This document shows positions 1 through 10,875 of a stretch of DNA of 21,660 nucleotides, piece after piece. Location of the stretch: the NCBI GenBank assembly GCA_030141605.1, contig JAQGDQ010001900.1:1-21660 (forward strand), in the 5' to 3' direction. A model generated the notes under the pieces. It searched no databases. It had not been told where the DNA came from and saw only the letters and a list, made by a program, of their open reading frames with translations. The translations under genes were made by a program, and so were the position numbers. Every line of letters starts with the position of its first letter. Within the stretch, counting starts at the first letter, position 1. The DNA comes from Tubiluchus corallicola. Taxonomy: Eukaryota; Animalia; Priapulida.

Positions 1-58
1 CTATCCTGGGACTGGCTTGTTAACTTAAAATATTTCATAAATAAATTGTGAGATGATC
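1..58 (-). other. Possible next exon of the minus-strand transcript, running off the window
   Basis: Acceptor ctttttacag with AG at 60-59. One frame stays open to the window edge (…MKYFKLTSQSQD). Confidence 0.4.
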
Positions 59-215
59 CTGTAAAAAGTGATATATATAAAGAATAATCTCACACCACAC
101 GAGACTATTAACAGCAGAAAAATATTTCTGTTTGTTTGGACAACGGTACATATGCAGAAAATAAAAAAGTAAATGGAAAGGTTTTCTGGCTAAAAAGCAA
201 AATTTCTTTACTTAC

Positions 216-254
216 CGTTTAGGCATGTTCAAAATATGCAGAGAATCGTTCAAT
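216..254 (-). other. Probable short exon (39 nt) of a minus-strand spliced transcript
   Basis: On the - strand: ccttgtttcag acceptor and CG|GTAAGT donor. Contains ATG CCT AAA CG (MPKR) at 226-216. Confidence 0.6.
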
Positions 255-493
255 CTGAAACAAGGAAAAAAATGAAGTGTTATTTACGGCTCGGTCAGCT
301 AAAACCATTTTAGCAATGTCAAGATTCTAACTGCACAGGATCCAGAGTTCGAATCACACGAGTTTCATGACGATCCGATCATTTGTTACAAAAATACAAG
401 AGAAAAACCTACTGTGGACAGTGGACGAATAGACACACGGACTGTGGGGTAATTTAAAATTTAAAAATTCAACAAGAAAATAGTCAAACTTAC

Positions 494-522
494 CAATTTA
501 ATAACGCAGCTAAATATCGTAT
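494..522 (-). other. Probable micro-exon (29 nt) of the same minus-strand transcript
   Basis: On the - strand: atgtttttcag acceptor and TG|GTAAGT donor. No ATG, so likely untranslated. Confidence 0.55.
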
Positions 523-979
523 CTGAAAAACATAACAACTTTTAGTTACATGCAATAAAAGTTAACTTTCTTATAATTTTATAGCAGCTCTAATGTTAAT
601 ATACAAGGTCACAATAAGTAACAACGAATATGAAGTCTTGATGAACAAAAGGGGAATCCATTTTTATCCATTCACTGTTTCTACTTTTAGGCAGGCCTAA
701 TTCTGTCAAACCCTTGTACAAATATACAGTTATCTTTCGCTTATCAATAAACTAAAGTTTATTACAAGTCTTTTTACAGTAAATTCGCCAATATTTTAAT
801 CATGTCTAACCTCCGCAACCACTTCCGGATGTGGTAGTACTTTACCAAAAACTAAAAGACAGTCGTGCTCTAGAACTCTTACTGTGGAATGAGAGACAAC
901 TACTTTCCTGAAAATCATTTGAGGGTTTTTTAGTTTTGCCCTCTCCCAGGAAACGAGAGATAGCCACGTTCTAAGTAAG

Positions 980-1419
980 TGAAATGAAAGTTGTTCATAC
1001 TTTAGAAACAAATCCATATCCTCCCATCTCCTCTGTGAAATGAAATTCAGTCATGCTTTTAGAAGAGAGCCATGTCCTCCCATCCCCTCTGTGCAATGAA
1101 AGTCAGTCATGATTTTAGTTAGAAGAAAGCCATGTCCTCCCATGCCCTCTGTGTAATGAGTTAGTCATGCCTTTAGAAGAAAGCCATGTCCTCCCATCTC
1201 CTCTGTGAAATGAAATTCAGTCATGCTTTAGAAAGTCATGTCCTCCCATCCCCTCTGTGAAATGAAATTCAGTCATGCTTTAGAAAGTCATGTCCTCCCA
1301 TCCCCTCTGTGAAATGAAATTCAGTCATGCTTTAGAAAGCCAAGTCCTCCCTTCCCCTCTGTGAAATGAAATTCAGTCATGCTTTAGAAAGCCATGTCCG
1401 CCCATCCCCTGTGTGAAAG
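980..1419. repeat. Minisatellite, 52-60 bp unit, about 8 copies
   Basis: Unit ccatgtcctcccatcccctctgtgaaatgaaattcagtcatgctttagaaag; starts at about 1014, 1070, 1130, 1184, 1236, 1288, 1340 and 1392. Confidence 0.95.
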
Positions 1420-2039
1420 GGAAAACAGTTATCCCAACAAAGTATATGTTAAAGGGAAAGTACACATTTTTCGTGAAACTTCTATTGTATATAAATACAT
1501 TTTTTACTGGTTGAATCAATATTAATAGATCGTAAAATAAGGAGGGAACAAGGTTGGAGTGGGATGGACAGCCTGCAGTCTCCTCCCGGCCCATCTTTCC
1601 TTTCCTTGGCGAGGCCTTAAAGTTCCTTCATTTCCTTTTAAGTGTTCCCGTTATCTTTAAAAGAAATATTTCTTAGAATTTGCTAAACGAGACTCCACGC
1701 TGTACTGAAAAAGTTCTAACCAGAAATTTGTTACCACAGTTCAGGATTTTGTTAACTTCAAATGCTTCCCAAAAGTACACTAAGTTCTGACATTGAGCTG
1801 TTAACCTCTGATTCTATTTACTTAACTAATATGGTACAGAACCTTAGTGGTATGCATTCTGTACATGCAGATTTATACTTCTATGCATAGCGCGCATGTA
1901 TAGAAGTATGTACATGTACAGTGTATGTCGCTACTGTACAGAACAAACTTTCAGTAAAGACAGACAAGGCCTAGGCATTAACTGACTGACAGTTTCTTTC
2001 CACTAACATACTGTAAGTACTTGAGGGAAGCATATATTA

Positions 2040-2586
2040 TTATGCGGTTTAAAGTATTGTACAAAAAGTTCTGCGGTTTAAAGAACTGTACAAAAAGTTC
2101 TGCGGTTTAAAGAACTGTACAAAAAGTTCTGCGGTTTAAAGAACTGTACAAAAAGTTCTGCGGTTTAAAGAACTGTACAAAAAGTTATGCAGTTTAAAGA
2201 ACTGTACAAAAAGTTCTGCGGTTTAAAGAACTGTACAAAAAGTTATGCAGTTTAAAGAACTGTACAGAAAGTTATGCAGGTTAAAGAACTGTACAGAAAG
2301 CTATGCAGTTTAAAGAACTGTACAAAAAGCTATGCAGTTTAAAGAACTGTACAAAAAGTTCTGCGGTTTAAAGAACTGTACAGAAAGCTATGCAGTTTAA
2401 AGAACTGTACAAAAAGCTATGCAGTTTAAAGAACTGTACAAAAAGTTATGCGGTTTAAAGAACTGTGCAAAAAGTTCTGCGGTTTAAAGAACTGTACAAA
2501 AAGTTATGCAGTTTAAAGAACTGTACAAAAAGTTCTGCGATTTAAAGAACTGTACAGAAAGCTATGCAGTTTAAAGAACTGTACAG
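2040..2586. repeat. Minisatellite, 29 bp unit, about 19 copies
   Basis: gcggtttaaagaactgtacaaaaagttct with interspersed single-base variants; period 29 (2044, 2073, 2102 ...). Confidence 0.97.
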
Positions 2587-2852
2587 TGATTTCAAATTTT
2601 TATGCAGATCATTTAGATCCCTGTTCAAAAGTAACTTCCTATATTTGGTCCATTACCTTAACTAATAATTCAAAACCTGATTCACCTCCCAGCCTAACCT
2701 TGTTAATTGCAGGCCTTTCACAAATTATTTAATAATACTTTAGTCTAATATTTGCAAAATCCAAATTGCAAAAGAGACTGGTTGTGCCGCCTGGTGTTTG
2801 TTTTTTGTTGAACTAGCTTTAGGGCGAAATTAGTAATCTTGACAATTGAAGT

Positions 2853-3090
2853 GAAGTTAACCAGAGCTAAGTCTAGAAAGTAATTAGATGAGTGACCACT
2901 ACTAAAAATCACATACGCTAAAACATGGCTGACTTTGTTTAGGAATTGAAATTATATAGAGTAAAGACTAGATAGCACACGGATGAGTCGTCGCTACTAA
3001 AATCATATTAGCCAAAACATGGCTGACTTAGTTTGGCATTCGAAGCTAGAGACCCGATAGTGAATGGATGGGTGACCATATCAAAATCAC
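2853..3090 (+). pseudogene. Three decayed tandem copies (about 95 bp period) of a 5S rRNA internal-control-region-like sequence (5S pseudogene or SINE3-like)
   Basis: gaagttaa...agta.tt.gatg.gtgacc has the box A to box C spacing of 5S rRNA. Copy 3 has TGGATGGGTGACC (3065-3077). Linkers share aaaacatggctgactt. Confidence 0.6.
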
Positions 3091-3289
3091 AGTTCACCTT
3101 CCTGGTCCAATGTCTACTCTTAAATGATTAGTTTTCATAAAAAGTGTAGTTGCAGTCCCTCCACAACAACGTGACCTTGCAGTTGAATGCAAAAATATCC
3201 CTAATCTTAAACTCCTGTCTCTTAAGCAGCAGACCAAATCTGGCAAAGCCATTTGAAGTTAATTTCTTGTCAGGTTTCAGTGTTGATTA

Positions 3290-4335
3290 TTTTCAATTTA
3301 ATCAATTTAATTTTGATCCTACAATCGTTAATGAAGCTTTTTTCTGTGCTATAATATTTGGTCCTGTTTCATTGCCGATAACTTTCAATTTTGTCCACGG
3401 CAATTTCAATCGTTTAATCTTTAATGGAGTTTTTTATGTGCTATAATTGTTGGTACGAGTTCAATACCGATAACTTTCAATTTTATCCACGGCAATTCCC
3501 ATCGGTCAATCTTTAATGGAGTTTTTTTATGTGCATAATTGTTGGTACGAGTTCAATACCGATAACTTTCAATTTTATCCACGGCAATTTCAATCGTTCA
3601 ATCTTTAATGGAGTTTTTGTATGTGCGATTACTTTCAATTTTATCCACGGCAATTTCAATCGTTTAATCTTTAATGGAGTTTTTTATGTGCATAATTGTT
3701 GGTACGAGTTCAATACCGGTAACTTCCAATTTTATCCACTGCAATTTCAATCGTTCAATCTTTAACTGAGTTTTTGTATAATTGTTGTTACGGTTATTAC
3801 CGATAACTTTCAATTTGTCCACAATCGTTCATCTTTAATGGAGCTTTTATCGATGCTGTAATTGTTGGCACAGTTTCATTGATGATTGCTTTCAATTTTT
3901 TCCTCACAGTTTTGAACGTGCAATCTATAAAGAACCTTTTTTTCGTACTGTATTTTTCAATGATTATGTTCAGTTTCAACAAGGGCATTTTGATCTTGTA
4001 ATCTTTAATTGGATGCTGTTTTTGTAACGTATTTGTTGGTTCTGTTTCAATGCCGATTACATATTCGATTTCTACAAAGGAATTTTGATCTTGTAATCTT
4101 TAAAGAACCTTTTTTTCGTACTGTATTTTTCAATAATTATGTTCAGTTTCAACAACAGGGAATTTTGATCTTGTAGTCTTTAATCGGATGCTGTTATTCA
4201 ACTTCAAAGTAATTTCGATCATGTAATCTCTAAATAGCGGCTGTTTTCTGTACCGTTATTGTTGGTACAGTTTTAATGCTGACTGTTACGTTCAACTTTA
4301 TCAAACAGTTTTAACTGTGCAATCTTTAATGGCGT
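3290..4335. repeat. Degenerate tandem repeat, about 90 bp unit
   Basis: taactttcaattttatccacggcaatttcaatcg...aatctttaatggagttttt recurs at about 3379, 3471, 3563, 3629, 3720 and 3804; copies further right are more diverged. Confidence 0.9.
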
Positions 4336-4578
4336 GCATTTCTCCATATGTCATGACAGGCGTTTTTCCCTGATACCTTGGTATTTTTTGAAATATTCTA
4401 GTTTCGGTACTGTTTACCTTCGCCATTGTCATGTCACTTTATGTGATATATTAGCAGTAGTGGCCACCACTGTTATCAGTTTTACTTGTTTACTGCTTTA
4501 GTACTGATTAATAATCAGTAATTATGTTCAATTTCATCAAGACAATTCTTTAAAATATTCAGTTTCTCTCTTATAATG

Positions 4579-5035
4579 CATTTGTCGCCTTGATGGCAGT
4601 TTTTCACGTGACATTAATAGTGACTCGCATCATGTTACTATGTCCTTCATTTGACGCCTTGATGGCAGTTTTTCACGTGACATTAATAGTGCCTCGCATC
4701 ACGTTATCATGTCTCTTTATTTGACGCCTTGATGGCTGTTTTTTCGTTACTATCACATCATTTTATGTGACACGTTGATGATGGTACTTTCCATCACTAT
4801 TCTATAACATCCATCACTATACTGTGACATAGCTATATATAATGTTACTCCATGAAGACATTAACAGTGAATCGCATCACGTTACCATGTCTCTTCATTT
4901 GTCGCCTTGATGGCAGTTTTTTCGTTACTATCACATCATTTTATGTGACACGTTGATAATGGTACTTTCCATCACTGTTCTATAACATCCATCACTATAC
5001 TGTGACATGGCTATGTATAGTGTTACTCAATGAAT
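4579..5035. repeat. Nested tandem duplications (about 70 bp and about 180 bp units)
   Basis: atttg(t/a)cgccttgatggc(a/t)gtttt occurs four times; the block from about 4695 to 4855 is repeated at about 4874-5035. Confidence 0.9.
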
Positions 5036-5475
5036 CTGTAATGTGATCTTTATCGCTCTACTACAATCTCATTTCATATGGAATCTATCACTAGATTTTT
5101 TTCATGAACCAGTAATGTTAATTTCCACCATTTTGTCATACAAAGATTTGTTCTTCCTTTCCCAGCAGATGGGGAATAATGGCTGAATGTTTATTCTATG
5201 AAAATAATTGCTATTATGACACACAACCTTGTATATAGTCAAGCTGTTATTTTGACTATAGGCATCAAGTTTGCCACCTTGCATAATTTAAAGATGTTGC
5301 CTAATAACCATGGCTATCCATGTATAGATAATGTTTGAATATACAATCAATTAAATATGGCTAAAATATTAAATATGGCTGAAATATGTGTCGCCATGTT
5401 GTTAAAAATTAGCTTCCCACCGCCTGGTCACTATCGGCATGGGAGGGGGATCAATTCTATTATGAGCACTTTTGA

Positions 5476-5745
5476 TGCTTCAAATCATTACAACGTTTTG
5501 AGCGTACTTCAAACAATTACGCTTCTTAATTAAAGCAACATTTGTGCTTCAAATCATTACAACGTTTTGAGCGTACTTAAAACAATTACGCTTCTTAATT
5601 AAAGCAACATTTGTGCTTCGAATCATTAAAACGTTTTGAGCGTACTTCAAACAATTACGCTTCTTAATTAATGCACCATTGGTGCTTCAAATCATTAAAA
5701 TGTTTTGAGCGTACTTCAAACAATTACGCTTCTTAATTAAAGCAC
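5476..5745. repeat. Minisatellite, 69 bp unit, about 4 copies
   Basis: tgcttcaaatcattacaacgttttgagcgtacttcaaacaattacgcttcttaattaaagcaacatttg at 5476, 5545, 5614 and 5683. Confidence 0.95.
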
Positions 5746-5848
5746 CAGAAATAGAAATTATTATTAATGATTATTGTTTTCAATCCCCCTCCCCCTGCTC
5801 TTCAGAAAATTCCTCCTCATCGGCTCGGTAACTGCCGCCTCACAAACA

Positions 5849-6130
5849 TCCAGCATCATCAGCATCGTGGTCCCTCTATCTTATAAATAGTTTTTATGCA
5901 CAAATTGAATACGATACAGTGCAACTAACTTAACATACTGTAGCTTATACAGTATACTGCAGTTTTTAGAAATACTGCAGCTTGAATGATATGTAACAAT
6001 TAATAGAATATATTACAGTTTGTATGATGTATTGCAGTTTCTAAAAATACTTCGTCTTATAGGGGTACGTTAACAATTCATAGAATATAGTGCAGCTTGT
6101 ATGGTATATTGTTGTTTGTTGAAGGTTGCA
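5849..6130 (+). repeat. Dispersed repeat, copy 1 (copy 2 at 12337-12627), with internal sub-repeats
   Basis: Starts tccagcatcatcagcatcgtggtccctctatcttataaatag and is collinear with copy 2 for about 280 bp. Confidence 0.92.
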
Positions 6131-6878
6131 GTTTCTAGAAATATCGCAGCTTATACGATATGTTACAATTAATAGAATATACTGCAGCTGTTGTGATGCA
6201 TTGCAGTTAACAGAATATTGCAGCATATATTGCACTTTAGAATACAATGCATTGCAGAAAATTTGTGTTGAATGTCAACTTTAAATATTATGCTAAATAT
6301 GTAAGCACTTTTATATTTTATATTTTATATTAAAAAATCCGAGAAACTGTAATGTATCCGCTGATGATGCTGAAGCTCTAAATTGCAAATAGCAATTAAC
6401 GTTCAAATTGAAACGTAATTCTCCAAACCTCCCGAGAGAAGTTTGGGTCATCTTGCACTGGCTTTTGACTTGGCACATTCTCCCAGTACAAAGCTGCCTT
6501 CTTGCATTGGCTTTTAACTTGCCAACATTGAAATAAATATTTTTGCTTATAACCTCCAAAGAGAAACTGCGTTGAATCAGTTTTAGCTTTTGTTGCTGAC
6601 ATTAAAATGAATATTTTGGCTCATAGCAGGAGAAGTTGTCTTGAATCAACTTTAACTTGTTCTCAATATTAGAATGAACATATTTGGAACGTTTTGAACA
6701 TTTTTTCTTCATATATTTTAATGAACATAATAATGATCGTAAGAAAAATACGGAGTCCTCCATGGGTCCAGTTACCGAGCCTTCATAAGTACATAATATA
6801 GTAGCTTAACTCATAGTTTAACCACTGCTATAACTACAGAATTGTGTAAATATGTAAATACAGAATTTTTTTTGAATA

Positions 6879-7193
6879 TTGCTTGATGAAATGATATAAC
6901 TTGTTCTTAAAATGTTATTCTCTAGAAATGTAAATTGGAGTTTTTTGACTTGATATTTTTTCTCCACTGCAAAGAAATTGCTTAATGAAATGAAATAACT
7001 TCTTCTTAAAATGTTATTCTCTAGAAATGTAAATTGGAGTTTTTTGACTTGATATTTTTTTTCTCCACTGTAAATAAATTGCTTAATGAAATGATATGAC
7101 TTCGTAAAATGTTATTGTGCAGAAATGTATATGGGAGTTTTTTGACTTAATATTCTTTTTCTCCATTGTAAAGAAATTGCTTAATGAAATGAT
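6879..7193. repeat. Tandem repeat, about 100 bp unit, about 3 copies
   Basis: ttgctt(g/a)atgaaatga...aaaatgttatt...ggagttttttgactt...ttctcca at about 6879, 6978, 7079 and 7177 (partial). Confidence 0.93.
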
Positions 7194-7523
7194 CTCGACT
7201 GTTGATGATGACTGCTAGTTTGCAAAATTTAGTAAAATTCATTATATAATGGATTGTTTAAGAAGTTTTTTAAGTCTTGATTCGTGTGAAATTGCATTAA
7301 TGATTTTTGTATAGAAATGTGGCCGGGTCACATGTTGCCTAACTAACACGCAAAAATAAGATTTCTCATAGTGTAACAGCTGGCACTATTTTCAGTGTTT
7401 TTATGTTTACCCATGTAATGTTAGTATGTCAAGAATTTATAAGTTAACTGTGTCTGGATAAGAAATGCTAGGTGCTTATTTGTTTATCTATAGTTGGTTT
7501 GATAATGAAAAGGTACATTTTGC

Positions 7524-7663
7524 TTAACCCTTGTAGGGTCACGATTCCCCCCCCCCCCCATAATTCGTAAATTACTTTTGATAAACCGCCGTGTTTCATT
7601 AGTAAACAGCAACAGCATAATTTGTGGTTATGCTGACCACCATAGGATACATTATACCTCTGC
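7524..7663 (+). repeat. Dispersed repeat, copy 1 (copy 2 at 9246-9391); possible piggyBac-like MITE end
   Basis: Shares tagggtcacgatt, cataattcgtaaattacttttgat and tatgctgaccaccataggatacattata with copy 2. Begins TTAA-CCCTT. The repeat is clear; the superfamily call is tentative. Confidence 0.75.
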
Positions 7664-8809
7664 TTAAAGACATGTGACTTACTAGTAATACGAAATTTAA
7701 ATTCACTTAGTTACGTTCCCTTATCTATGCTGGAATAACTGCAGCTAGCGCGTGTGCAAAATCAATGTTATTTTGAATTACAAAGATGTGTAACTCGCAC
7801 GAGCTGTTGTGTATGTGTGTGTTATTGAAAATTGTTAGTTTGTGACGTCATCAAAAGGTGGCGTCGACCACCGTTAATTAAGGTTTTAATCTATTGTTTA
7901 ATTGTCAGAAACGCTTTTGCAATATTATGTTATTATTTTTGCACTATTATTGATTGTGTTAAAATGTATACTTTTTATTGTACTTGATAATGATATGAAA
8001 ATGTATAAAAATTTATTAAGTTATAAAAATCGTAAAAGAATCAGGAAGTTTTAATGAGTATTGTGCAGTATGACTATTACAGAGACGCTACTGACATCTT
8101 GCGTACGTTTTACAAAATCACTTAGATCTAGACGGTAAAACGGCAAAGTATAGTAACAGATTTGGCCGCTAAGCGGCAGCACTTTACAACAACTCTAATT
8201 TACAAATTCTCTTGGAAATCACGTAAACAACATTATAAAAGAATTCAAACTGTAAGTTCTATAAACGTTCACTAGAAAGAAAACCAATGTAAGCTATCAC
8301 TACGATGGTTTTCAATAGTTTACTACGAAAGTGATGGTTTATCGCTATAAACTACCGTAAAACTACTTCAAAACTACACTAAATGCTATCACAAAAGTTT
8401 GCAATTCATCAACCTCAACCCGGCAAAACTAAATCTTCCAGAACGATAGCCCATGATCAAGATTAATCGTTTCCTAGCATGGAAGAACTGGGGCACAATA
8501 ATTTAAATTGCTATTATATAAGTTAAATTGTTTGTAAATTTTAGTAAATTTTTAAATAGCTAAAATTTTTGCTCTAAATCCTGCTCATACAATTTTATAC
8601 TGTTCGTAATCAATGGCCATTGCTACATTGGTACTTCAACAGAAAAGAACAGAACAATGCAAACATTTTTCATCTACACAAGATGGTTAAAATGAGTTAC
8701 AATATTTTCAACCAGATGATTATGTAAACGCGAGTTCTAAATAATCTTCTAAATATTGAAAACTATACTAACCTAATTTAAATCAAAGCTTGGATTAAAT
8801 AATAATTAC

Positions 8810-9130
8810 CTCGGATGCTCAAATTTTGTTAAACTTTCAAAGCTACTCGCAGCTCAATAAATCTACTAAGATTGGCAGCGTCGCCTTTTTGTCACATGCG
8901 TGTGGCTGACGAATAGAAGGCATTACCATGATAAACATGATCATGAACTGTTGTGTTAGTTTCTGACATCATATGACGTAGACCCCTTTATTCGTGACAT
9001 CATCCGTTTAAGCAGTACTGTAACACCTATGCAAATGTGCTTGATGCGCAAGGGAAGATGCCTGCCATTGCACAAACTGTGATTAGTCCCTGACGTAAGC
9101 AATAGCTGTGTTCGGTTGCCGTTAATTAAC
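8810..9130 (-). promoter_or_regulatory. Candidate promoter and non-coding first exon (about 8890 to 8810) of the minus-strand transcript
   Basis: Donor GAG|GTAATT at 8810/8809 on the - strand. Locally CpG-richer, non-repetitive sequence with clustered ATF/CRE-like words (tgacatca twice, tgacgtag, tgacgtaa). Confidence 0.35.
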
Positions 9131-9245
9131 TTTCTAAGCTAATTATTCAAATATAAGAAACAATTACTAACTTTTATAGGAGAGAGAACGTATATTTTGG
9201 GCAGTAAATTAAAATGAGATTGAGTCTAAACAATCATCCGGTTTT

Positions 9246-9391
9246 CCTTATAGGGTCACGATTTTTGCAGCCGATTTTGGTAACCGGAAGGTAAAAAATT
9301 ACCCCCACCATAATTCGTAAATTACTTTTGATGAACCGCCGTGTTTCATTAGTACCTATGCTGACCACCATAGGATACATTATATCTCTGC
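9246..9391 (+). repeat. Dispersed repeat, copy 2 (copy 1 at 7524-7663)
   Basis: Same blocks in the same order, with a different internal deletion. Confidence 0.8.
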
Positions 9392-9753
9392 GGAAAGTTG
9401 AAATCGGGCATTACTCATATTGTTGATTGAATTTTTCCGTATCTATGAAGTAGAAAGCGCAAGTTAACGCTTATTGCTTGGATATTTTTCATTGCAGATA
9501 TTCTTCTGAATTGATATTTTTGATTAATTTGATGCTTTTTTCATATTCATTATGTATAAATTTGAGTGGTTTCTTGTAATTTGTGTAATATCTTTTTCAT
9601 TTTTGTTATATACTTTCCATAAATTCTTTGTGCTGTACATATCCTTTATTATGTAAATTTGCATTGGTATATCTGCCTACATAATTATTATTACTGTTAA
9701 CATTCATATTTTACTAGCCAAACCCCACAAAAAGAATTTTGTGCACAAATCAA

Positions 9754-9840
9754 CACACAACCCACACCACACCACTCCACCTCATCACACCACACTGCAC
9801 CACACCATACCACTCCACCTCATCGCACCACACTGCACTC
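9754..9840. repeat. CA-rich low-complexity tract with a duplication of about 39 bp
   Basis: ccactccacctcatc(a/g)caccacactgcac occurs twice. Confidence 0.85.
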
Positions 9841-10059
9841 ATTTATAACACAAAGCCCGTAACATCATGCCTACTGTTTGTTTAACTAACGCAAACCCGT
9901 AGCAGGCAGCTTTTTGCTGAATTAAAGTTATAAGATTACAGCAGAGTACAATGGATGACGTCACAACAATGCCTTTGCTTCAGCAGTTTTCTAAGCGAAA
10001 ATTGCCGAAAATAGAACTCCTAATTAACTCGCCAATACTCCTCTCGGTGGACCTGCTCT

Positions 10060-10582
10060 AACATATAGCCCACATCATCGTGTAGCCGCGTTCTTCCTCT
10101 TTGTAAAGAGCCCCATATCTCCTTCCGAGAGTCCCACTGGGCGACGCTAGAACGTTTTTTCTGCAGGCTGTTTGGTCAAAATTTCGAAAAAATCGCGAGT
10201 TGGGTCCGGGAAAACGCCCGTTGCCGGGCGCCCTGGCCCTCCCGCAAATTCTAAATATGCCTACTACACCCACCGCTGAACGGGCTATCTATCCATGGTC
10301 AGCACCCCCCCTCGGCCCGTTTCCGTTCTCTACATCTCAGCCGTATAACTTTTGCAAAAAACGGCCGAAAAATGGCCATTTTTGGAGGTTTTTCGCCCCC
10401 CCCCCTTCCTCGCGGTGGGACCGATTCGAAAAATAAACCATCAATGGCACGACACTAGATCGAGACCTTTCGTTTGATATATAGATCGCCGCAAATGGTG
10501 CCATCGTCCGGGCTGTAGCCTCGAATCTTATATATATATATATATATTAAGATACCAAGAATATTAATATAAGAGTATAGAT
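10060..10582 (+). mobile_element. GC/CpG-rich interspersed element, possibly a non-autonomous Helitron/Helentron type; left boundary approximate
   Basis: Abrupt GC- and CpG-rich island. The 3' part (cgagacctttcgtttgata...(TA)n...gtatagat, then TTT) resembles ends of invertebrate non-autonomous rolling-circle elements. Confidence 0.4.
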
Positions 10583-10875
10583 TTTCGATATTTTTCGAGT
10601 AGTAATTTTGAGTAGTAGTTTTCAATATTTTTTCAAATGCCAAATGTATTGTAAATAATTGTAAATAAACAATTTTTGTATTTAAACAAATCAGATACTT
10701 TTACTCTGCTTGTATGCTCCCATAAATGATGTTTAAACTAAATGTATAATTACAGGACAAACGTCTTATTAACGAGAACACACAACATTTTAACAACGCA
10801 TTTAATAACACACCACAAGCAGTTACTGAGTCAGCTTTTCATAAGATGCATATTAAAAAACGAGCGATTATTACA

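Noticed and set aside
255-493. Intronic C/D snoRNA in the short-exon minus-strand transcript
   Set aside because: A CTGA D-box-like word is present at 298-295, but there is no canonical RTGATGA C box or terminal stem.
3150-3988. ORFs of 63-98 aa
   Set aside because: They lie in or run into the roughly 90-bp tandem repeat, have no splice or domain support, and frames break between units.
6356-6425. CTGATGA followed by GAAACGTA as a second hammerhead
   Set aside because: Stem II does not close next to the core, and there is no stem I complement (atccg versus attct).
6311-6602. Two overlapping minus-strand ORFs with a repeated QVKSQCK motif
   Set aside because: The motif reflects a short degenerate DNA duplication read in two frames; no family was recognised.
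10058-10643. ORFs in the GC-rich island
   Set aside because: Short, on both strands, with no recognisable motif; expected from the scarcity of stops in GC-rich DNA.
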